Below, piece by piece: positions 57,601-64,000 of a stretch of DNA of 64,000 nucleotides. A model generated the notes under the pieces. It did no database searches and was not told the origin of the DNA. It saw only the letters and a list, made by a program, of their open reading frames with translations. A program made the position numbers and the translations under genes. Source of the DNA: Polaromonas sp. (GTDB taxonomy: Bacteria; Pseudomonadota; Gammaproteobacteria; Burkholderiales; Burkholderiaceae_C); assembly GCF_035638815.1 (NCBI RefSeq), contig NZ_DASQZG010000005.1, forward strand, positions 11,613 through 75,612, given 5' to 3'. How positions within the stretch are numbered: the first letter of the stretch is position 1; each line of letters starts with the position of its first letter.

Positions 57601-58125
57601 ATGACGATAGGCACGATCGAACTGGCCGAACAAGAGCTTGCCCTTCTTGAACAAATCGATTTCAACTGGCACTCCCATGACAGCGGCCGGCGTTCGTGTG
57701 ACGCGGCTGCGAGGTTGATGCCGTTGCTTTTGCAGCGCAAAGCGATCCCGGAGCGCCGTTTGCGCTACTTTGACGATCCGGAGCTCAATGGAGGAAGAAA
57801 GTCCCGCCTGCAAGTGTTCGAAGGCAACGGAACTGTGGGAGCCGACATCTTTGGACACGGAAACTTTCTCCGTCATCTCCGCTACTTCATCCATGGGGCG
57901 GCTTTGCCTGAACGCATCAAAAGCCAGATGGCCGAGCTGGTCGGCGACCCCTCGTACTTCACCAGCGGCGACCTTGAGCCGGCGCGCAAGCTCGCTCGAC
58001 AGTTGGCTCGATCGTCCGGGCTCGGATCTGCTTCGTCGGACAGCTTTTTCCAGTTGATGAATGACCTTGGGTTAAGTCCAAGTTGCGCGGACTCTGTGCG
58101 ACGAGCGGTACTTTCCGTGCGGTAG
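57601..58125 (+). CDS. hypothetical protein (174 aa)
   Basis: ATG 57601 after GGGAGA; no motif recognised. Confidence 0.5.
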   Translation: MTIGTIELAEQELALLEQIDFNWHSHDSGRRSCDAAARLMPLLLQRKAIPERRLRYFDDPELNGGRKSRLQVFEGNGTVGADIFGHGNFLRHLRYFIHGAALPERIKSQMAELVGDPSYFTSGDLEPARKLARQLARSSGLGSASSDSFFQLMNDLGLSPSCADSVRRAVLSVR

Positions 58126-58245
58126 GCGACATCTGGGTTGCCACGGGGTTTCGCTTGGCACCTGGCCTCGCAATGAGCTGGCAACGATTAATCGCTCTCG
58201 ATAATAAGGTGGCGCAGAAAAGGGGCTGACGCACCCGCGAGACGG

Positions 58246-59115
58246 TCAGGTGGGGACTGACTGGCGCAAGGTGTTCACCAACAGCGCCTGCAAGCCGTCG
58301 ACTGCCTTGTTGCCGTGCGAGGCACGACTGCGGTACACCGATACTTCCATCGGCGCCAAGGGTCCCAGTCCATGCTCGGCTCCAAGGATCTGCAGGTGGT
58401 CCGGTGCGCTGCAACGCGTCAAGGCGGCGATGGCCAGCCCGCTCTCCACGGCCGCGAGCTGTCCAGCGAGGCTGGAGCTGTGATACACCACGCGGTAGCG
58501 TCGTCCTTGCAGCGCAAGCGAGTTGATTGCGCTGCGGCGGGCCAGGCTCAGGTCCTCGTAGACCGCAATGGGCAGCGGGTCACTGTGCCACGCATCGAAC
58601 TGGGGAGAGCCGACCCAGACCATCGGTTCATGGAAAAGCAAAGTGCCGCGACGAGAGTGATCCCGCGAGACCAGAGCGAGGTCCAACTCGCCACGTCCAA
58701 CCCGGGGGATCAACGAGGTCGATTGCTCGCAGTCGAGCTCGATTTCGACGCCTCTGTGCCGGGGCGCAAAGCGCTTGAGCACGGGCGTCAGATAGCTGCT
58801 CGCATAGTCGTCGGGAACCCCGAGCCGCACGCGCCCCGTGAGCACCTCCCCCTGGAATGCGGCCTGCGCTTCTGCGTGGAGGGCAAGCAAGCGCCTGGCA
58901 TATCCCAGCAGCTGCTGCCCCTCGGGGGTTAGCTCGTGCTGGCGGGGCCCGCGCAGGAGGAGGGGGTGGCCGCAAGCGACCTCCAGTTTTTTCAGCTGCA
59001 TGCTTACGGCGGACTGGGAACGATGCACCACGGCGGCGGCAGCCGACAGCGAGCCTGCCTCCACCACGGCAACAAAGCACTTGAGCCAATCGACCTGCAA
59101 ATCCTGTTGCGCCAT
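58246..59115 (-). CDS. LysR-family transcriptional regulator
   Basis: N-terminal HTH (WLKCFVAVVEAGSLSAAAAVVHRSQSAVSMQLKKLE). Divergent from the EamA transporter. Confidence 0.85.
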   Translation of the reverse strand: MAQQDLQVDWLKCFVAVVEAGSLSAAAAVVHRSQSAVSMQLKKLEVACGHPLLLRGPRQHELTPEGQQLLGYARRLLALHAEAQAAFQGEVLTGRVRLGVPDDYASSYLTPVLKRFAPRHRGVEIELDCEQSTSLIPRVGRGELDLALVSRDHSRRGTLLFHEPMVWVGSPQFDAWHSDPLPIAVYEDLSLARRSAINSLALQGRRYRVVYHSSSLAGQLAAVESGLAIAALTRCSAPDHLQILGAEHGLGPLAPMEVSVYRSRASHGNKAVDGLQALLVNTLRQSVPT

Positions 59116-59198
59116 CCCGGTAGGCCATTCGATTAGCGAATGGTTATGTGCTGAATTATGCGCTTTTCTACTACGTTCCGCTGCTCCACACTGCGGCG

Positions 59199-60110
59199 AT
59201 GCATCACCAGTCCACAGCCAAAGTGCCCGAAGCGAGCAGCACGCGATCGCGCTCCGGCGCTCTGCCTTTCGTGGCCGGCAGCATGTTGCTGGGGACGATC
59301 GGCATCTTCGTGCATGAAGCCAATGTGGATGCGATCACGGCCACTTGGTTTCGCTGCGCGTTCGGGCTGCTCACCCTCACCGCCTGGCTTGCGGCACGAC
59401 GGGACCTCGGCGCGCTGCGTCTCGCGGCGGCTAACGGTAGATGGATTTTTGCTGCCGCTGTCCTCATGGTGGCGGCATGGACGCTTTTCTTTGCTGCCAT
59501 CGCTAGAACTTCCGCCGGCGTGGCCAGCGTCCTGTTCCATGTGCAGCCGCTGTGGATGCTGGCCCTTAGCGCCTGGTTTCTAAAGGAGTCGGTTACGCGC
59601 CGGCGCCTAGTGGCCGTGCTAACCGCCATGGCGGGGCTGGTCCTCGCCACTGGGGTTCTCGACGAGCTTGCCGCACGCTCGCCTGTGCTGTTTGCACCCG
59701 GCTATTGGATCGGGATCGTCATGTGCCTCATCGGCGCGCTCTGTACTGCGGTCGTCACCCTTATCGCCAAGAGGGCCGTACGCGCCCCGGCCGGCGTGCT
59801 TGCGTGGTGGCAGTGCGCGGTGGGGACAGTGATGTTGCTAGCGTGGCCCGCGACCCAGGGCTGGCCTGCCTGGGGAATGACCTGGGCCTGGCTGGGCGGA
59901 CTCGGCATCGTCCACACAGGCTTGGCCTACAGCTTGATGTACCTGGGCCTGCCACGCTTGAGCACGGACCGGATCGCTGTCCTGCAGTTCGTGTACCCCG
60001 CGCTGGTGATCCTGCTCGATTGGCTGCTCTACGATCAGCGGCTTGGCCACCTCCAAGTGGTCGGGATGGCGCTCATGGCAGCGGCCATTTGGTTCGCAGA
60101 GCGGGAATAG
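59199..60110 (+). CDS. EamA/DMT-family transporter
   Basis: About 10 TM helices. Start uncertain (59148 or 59199). Confidence 0.75.
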   Translation: MHHQSTAKVPEASSTRSRSGALPFVAGSMLLGTIGIFVHEANVDAITATWFRCAFGLLTLTAWLAARRDLGALRLAAANGRWIFAAAVLMVAAWTLFFAAIARTSAGVASVLFHVQPLWMLALSAWFLKESVTRRRLVAVLTAMAGLVLATGVLDELAARSPVLFAPGYWIGIVMCLIGALCTAVVTLIAKRAVRAPAGVLAWWQCAVGTVMLLAWPATQGWPAWGMTWAWLGGLGIVHTGLAYSLMYLGLPRLSTDRIAVLQFVYPALVILLDWLLYDQRLGHLQVVGMALMAAAIWFAERE

Positions 60111-60715
60111 GGACGATCGAACGGGCACACTCAGCGCCAGCCTGTCCGATAGCTTGGCAGAAGGCAGACGGCTGCTTTGGGTCGAAAGCGGCAATTGCGG
60201 CGGCTACTTCAGATTGTCATCCTTGGCTGCCGCTAGCCAGTTTTGGTGTACTCCAACGTGTACCCGGCAGATAGGACGAATTGGTGAAAACGAGTACTGG
60301 TGCGGGCTGCAGGCGATCTTAGGATTCCGCCCCAGTTTTGGACGCTGCCGGGATCGCTCGAATGGTCTAGGGAAATCAATGACTTACGGCTGCGATCCGA
60401 AGTCTGTGGTTCGATTCCAAGTTTCCGCAAGACAAGCTGCCCATTGTTTTGCGTCGTCCATCAAGCCCCTTTCATGCCGCCTTCAATTGTTCGGAAGGCC
60501 GCCAGCTTCGCTTTTTCACTCTAAGTGAGCTTTTCAACATTCGTTGAACACGGCATTTCTGGTGAATGTCCCAGCAAACCGTTGAGAGCGATACTATGCC
60601 CAACCGCAGTGATTTGATTGAATAATGCATAAAAAATAGTACAAGACACTAAAAATCAAATGATATTCAATCGTCGTTCTTTGAAATTGATTAGAAAATG
60701 TGTTATTTTTAGCAC

Positions 60716-61474
60716 ATGGATAGAACTCCACGACACGCTCTAATCAAGAAGCTCCAGACCAGCCTGCCGCGCGGGATGCCGTTCGATCTGGCCGCGCTGG
60801 AGCGTATCGGCGTGTCGGCCCAACTGGCGGCTCACTACGCTGAAAGCGGCTGGCTGGACCGCTTGGGCCAAGGCGTTTATGCGTTTGCCGGTGACACCTT
60901 GAGCGCGCATGGCGCGATCAAGCTCCTGCAAACCCGTGTCACCGGCCTGCATGTGGCGGGCAGGAGCGCGCTGACGCTTCAGGGTGTGCGCCACAACCTC
61001 GCGATGCGCGAGGCGGTGGTGCTGTGGGGCGACGTGCGCTTTGTGCTGCCGGAGTGGTTCACTTCGCGGTTCCCATCGCGTTACGTGTCGGCCAGGTTGT
61101 TCAACTTGCCGGATGGCACGCTTGCCAGCAAAAGTTTGACGACGCCGCCGGGCGTGACGGATGGCTTGCGCGTGTCAGTCCCCGAGCGTGCGGTCCTTGA
61201 ACTGCTTTACGAGGTCGGTACGCATCAGGGGCTGGAGGAGGCGCGTAACCTGTTCGATGGTCTTCGCAATCTGCGCAAAGAGGTTCTGGGCGAGCTGTTG
61301 CAGTCCTGTACCAGCATCAAAGCCGTTCGACTGTTCCTGACCTGGGCGCGTGAAACCAGTGTGGTCGACGTGGAAGCACTGCAAAACCGGTACACGTTGC
61401 CTGTCGGCAGCGACAAACGATGGATCACCCGCATGAAAGATGGCAATTTGCTGACCCTGAAACCTCATGGATAA
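60716..61474 (+). CDS. AbiEi-family antitoxin
   Basis: GVSAQLAAHYAESGWLDRLGQGVYAF; 8-nt overlap with the downstream AbiEii gene; AT-rich promoter upstream. Confidence 0.75.
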   Translation: MDRTPRHALIKKLQTSLPRGMPFDLAALERIGVSAQLAAHYAESGWLDRLGQGVYAFAGDTLSAHGAIKLLQTRVTGLHVAGRSALTLQGVRHNLAMREAVVLWGDVRFVLPEWFTSRFPSRYVSARLFNLPDGTLASKSLTTPPGVTDGLRVSVPERAVLELLYEVGTHQGLEEARNLFDGLRNLRKEVLGELLQSCTSIKAVRLFLTWARETSVVDVEALQNRYTLPVGSDKRWITRMKDGNLLTLKPHG

Positions 61475-62381
61475 AACTTACGCCGATACAGTGCGCCTGC
61501 TGCTGACAGCCGCGCCCGACGTGTTTGCCAACGACATCTTCGCCATGAAGGGTGGCACCGCCATCAACCTGTTCGTGCAGGACATGCCGCGCTTGTCAGT
61601 CGATATCGACGTGGTCTACACACCTTGGCAAACTCCGCGTGAGCAGGCTTTGAAAGCCATCAACGATGAAATCGATGCCATTGCCGGTCGCTTGGCCCGA
61701 CTGGACCTGACCACACGCAAGGTGAACTCCAGGGATCTCGGCGACACCAAGCTGCTGATCGAAAACGCCAAGGCCCAGGTCAAGGTTGAAGTCAACGTGG
61801 TTTTTCGAGGCACGGTGCTCCCGATCGAGCGCCATCCCTTGAGCCCGAAGACAGCCGACCTGTTCAGCGTGGCGCTGGAATTGCCAGTCCTGGCACCCGC
61901 AGAGCTGTATGGCAGCAAACTGGTCGCGGCCATGGACCGTCAGCACCCGCGTGACCTGTTTGACGTGCAGAAGATGTTCGAGTCCGGTGGTATATCGGAC
62001 GCGGCGGTGGAATGCTTCGTGACTTACCTAGCCGGGCACAACCGACCTACCCACGAGGTGCTGTTCGGGAACGAAAAAGACATCGCTCATGAATACCACC
62101 AGCATTTTGTCGGCATGATCACCGAGCCGGTGAGTCTTGACGTTCTGCTGGAGACACGCGCCAGACTGCGCGAGGAACTTCCGCGACGGTTTACGGGACA
62201 GCACAAGCAGTTTCTGACGGGTCTGGCCCGTGCACAACCTGATTGGACATTGCTCCAATGTTCGCATGCGTCTGAACTACCGGCATTACGCTGGAAACTG
62301 GGCAACTTGCAAACCTTTGCCCAGCGTCGTCCTGCGGACTTTGAAAAGCAGGCGGCAACATTGGAGGCTTTGCTGGCCTGA
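61467..62381 (+). CDS. AbiEii/AbiGii-family nucleotidyltransferase toxin
   Basis: MKGGTAINLFVQDMPRLSVDIDVVY NTase motif. Confidence 0.8.
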   Translation: MDKTYADTVRLLLTAAPDVFANDIFAMKGGTAINLFVQDMPRLSVDIDVVYTPWQTPREQALKAINDEIDAIAGRLARLDLTTRKVNSRDLGDTKLLIENAKAQVKVEVNVVFRGTVLPIERHPLSPKTADLFSVALELPVLAPAELYGSKLVAAMDRQHPRDLFDVQKMFESGGISDAAVECFVTYLAGHNRPTHEVLFGNEKDIAHEYHQHFVGMITEPVSLDVLLETRARLREELPRRFTGQHKQFLTGLARAQPDWTLLQCSHASELPALRWKLGNLQTFAQRRPADFEKQAATLEALLA

Positions 62382-62488
62382 ACAACCGTTCCGCTTGGAC
62401 GCATGCCCACTCGCGCCGCTATTCGGGAGCCCAAAGTAAGAAGGAGCGCCCAGTCCAAAATACGTCCAAACGCCGAAAGGGGGGCGGC

Positions 62489-63793
62489 ATGAAGCGCAGT
62501 GAACTCTACGCAAAAGTCTGGTCCACGCCGATGACCAAACTGGCGGCTGAACTGGGCATTTCCGATGTCGGATTGGCGAAAGCGTGTCGGAGGCACGCCG
62601 TTCCGGCGCCGCCGCAAGGCTACTGGGCAAAATTGAGTGCCGGGCAGACGCCGCCGAAGACGGCGTTACCAACTCCCGAACTGGATGTGCAAGTCAATTT
62701 CGCGACCACAGACCCCGAAGAGCGTGCCCGCCAGCAAGCGGTCGAACGCAAGCGCGTTGAAACCCTCAATGCATATGCACAAGCCGCAGTGGTAACGGTC
62801 GATGTGCCGTTTGCTCAGGACTTGGACGATGCGCATTCACTTATCAAGGCAACCAAAAAATACACTGACCGCATCCCCAAGCTAATTGAGCAGTACAAGC
62901 GGCGCGGCGTAAATGCTTGGCAGACGACGCGTGACGAAGACCGACCTCCTGGCGACAGCAACGGCAGGTACAGCTTGCTCCATCACGGGCTACTGGACAT
63001 CACAGCGTCGCTCGAATCGATGGATTGGGTCCTGCGCTTCCATGCCTCCGTCTTCAAGGGGCTCATGGCTGGCGGGATGGTTATCTCTCGCCGCGAGGCT
63101 GAGCCTGCAAGGCGTGGAACTCAGCCCGAAGGCCCGGTCATTGAAGCGCGGCTAAAAGGCGAGGTTTTCAAGATATCCTTCTCACAAGGGTACCGCCGGA
63201 TAACTCTTGACGCGCAGGAGCTGGCACGAAAGAGGAAGGAAATCTCCTGGGCGAAAGAGTATGAGTACCGGCCCTCGGACAAGCTGACGTTCAGCCTCGA
63301 CGGAACCGAATACCAAGCCAGAAAGGCTTGGGTAGGCACGCAGGCAAAACTGCAGGAGTTGCTACCGGAGATTGTTCGAGCCGCGTTCCAGCTCGTACCT
63401 TTGCAGGTGGAAATGCGTAAGCAGCGCGAGGCGGCAGCAGTGATTGCCCAAACGGCAGCGGAAGCACGAGCCCTTCAGGAAAGGCGGGCGCGCGCGAGAG
63501 CTGAGCAACTGAAACAAGCGTTCCAGATGGCCGAGGTGGAGACGCGAGTGCAGCAGTTGACGGAGTTTTTAGCGCGTCTGGAGGCCACTGCCGATAGTCG
63601 GCCGGCGCCCTCTAGCGAGCGCATCAAGGTGTGGCTCGACGTAGTGAGAAAAGAGCTGGACGCGAGGAATCAGGTCGAATCCATGCTGCAGCAATGCCTG
63701 TCGGTCCCGTCCTGGGGCAACTGGCCGCCAGATTGGTGGCCCACCGAGCCGGCGCCAGATGCGCCCGACGCTGCTGACGACGCAGAGGAGTAG
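62489..63793 (+). CDS. hypothetical protein (434 aa): N-terminal HTH-like segment, Lys/Arg-rich coiled coil, acidic tail
   Basis: MKRSELYAKVWSTPMTKLAAELGISDVGLAKACRRHAVPAPPQGYWAK. No catalytic motif recognised. Confidence 0.55.
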   Translation: MKRSELYAKVWSTPMTKLAAELGISDVGLAKACRRHAVPAPPQGYWAKLSAGQTPPKTALPTPELDVQVNFATTDPEERARQQAVERKRVETLNAYAQAAVVTVDVPFAQDLDDAHSLIKATKKYTDRIPKLIEQYKRRGVNAWQTTRDEDRPPGDSNGRYSLLHHGLLDITASLESMDWVLRFHASVFKGLMAGGMVISRREAEPARRGTQPEGPVIEARLKGEVFKISFSQGYRRITLDAQELARKRKEISWAKEYEYRPSDKLTFSLDGTEYQARKAWVGTQAKLQELLPEIVRAAFQLVPLQVEMRKQREAAAVIAQTAAEARALQERRARARAEQLKQAFQMAEVETRVQQLTEFLARLEATADSRPAPSSERIKVWLDVVRKELDARNQVESMLQQCLSVPSWGNWPPDWWPTEPAPDAPDAADDAEE

Positions 63794-63827
63794 TGTGACT
63801 CACTGTCAAGATTCAATCGGCGCCAAC

Positions 63828-63867
63828 ATCTCAGAATCTCAGAATCTCAGAATCTCAGAATCTCAGA
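63828..63867. repeat. 8-nt tandem repeat (atctcaga) x5
   Basis: Five perfect head-to-tail copies between convergent genes. The last copy contains the stop codon of the minus-strand partial CDS. Confidence 0.95.
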
Positions 63868-64000
63868 GAGGCAGGGTGGCGCAATATTTCCATAGCTCTT
63901 CAAGATCGTCTGATTTCTTAAGAACGGTATCAGCACCGAGACGTTGGGTGTGATCAACTATGTCCGGAATATAGTGATTGGTGACTACAACAATCGGTTG
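63863..64000 (-). CDS. C-terminal end of a response-regulator receiver-like protein (5' part beyond window)
   Basis: The reverse strand reads QPIVVVTNHYIPDIVDHTQRLGADTVLKKSDDLEELWKYCATLPL-stop. The PIVVVT...GADTVLKK pattern is receiver-like. Absent from the ORF track because no start codon lies in the window. Confidence 0.45.
   Translation of the reverse strand, partial: QPIVVVTNHYIPDIVDHTQRLGADTVLKKSDDLEELWKYCATLPL

Larger units (their letters stand above)
10221..60335. mobile_element. integrative conjugative element at tRNA-Phe (P4-type integrase + Tn4371-like MPF-T/Trb backbone). Right boundary tentative; minimal extent to 55383.
   Basis: int lies directly 3' of the tRNA. A full set of ICE genes follows (repA-parA, traF, relaxase, traG, trbBCDEJLFGI, DUF2274). 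The 13-nt gattccgccccag of the tRNA (10221-10233) recurs at 60323-60335. Confidence 0.6.

Noticed and set aside
60340-60430. Possible tRNA or tRNA pseudogene (D-loop-like aatggtctaggg, T-loop ggttcgattcc)
   Set aside because: I could not fold a cloverleaf. The T-stem arms (tgtgg/ccaag) and acceptor arms are not complementary. It is kept only as a tRNA-like fragment in the attR discussion.
63828-63867. Tandem repeat considered as a CRISPR array
   Set aside because: The units are 8 nt and contiguous with no spacers, and there are no cas genes.

Overview
High-GC betaproteobacterial (Burkholderiales/Comamonadaceae-like) chromosome segment. Positions 1-10.2 kb are ordinary core genome: rpoC 3' end, lemA plus an M48 peptidase, flavocytochrome c sulfide dehydrogenase, rsmB, DUF4390 and an NtrY/NtrX-like two-component pair, ending in tRNA-Phe(GAA). 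Directly 3' of the tRNA begins a roughly 45-50 kb integrative conjugative element. It has a P4-type integrase and a Tn4371-like maintenance and transfer backbone: radC, DUF736, DUF2958 x2, repA-parA-parB, traF, MOB-P relaxase, traG, trbBCDEJLFGI and DUF2274. Between int and radC lies a 16-kb lower-GC defence-type cargo island with three modules. (i) A WYL regulator sits divergent from a complete Bil-type ubiquitin-like/E2/JAB/E1 operon. (ii) An amino-methyltransferase is convergent with an operon encoding a 1422-aa Cas4-like-nuclease/Upf1-like SF1B helicase fusion and a DUF3578(McrB-N-like)-HNH nuclease. I cannot place this combination in a described defence system and rate it the best novelty candidate. 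(iii) An HNH nuclease sits divergent from a small ORF and a permuted-papain/zinc-ribbon protein. Other notable points: a ~230-nt non-coding leader repeated upstream of radC and DUF2958; an apparent ~70-nt deletion/frameshift in trbE; a fumarylacetoacetase remnant at a cargo junction; two AbiE-type toxin-antitoxin modules, one in an atypical convergent layout; a cluster of four perfect palindromes; short tRNA-Phe-like fragments near 60.3-60.4 kb that may mark a decayed right end; and an 8-nt x5 tandem repeat. All functional calls come from motif recognition by eye; no database search was run.
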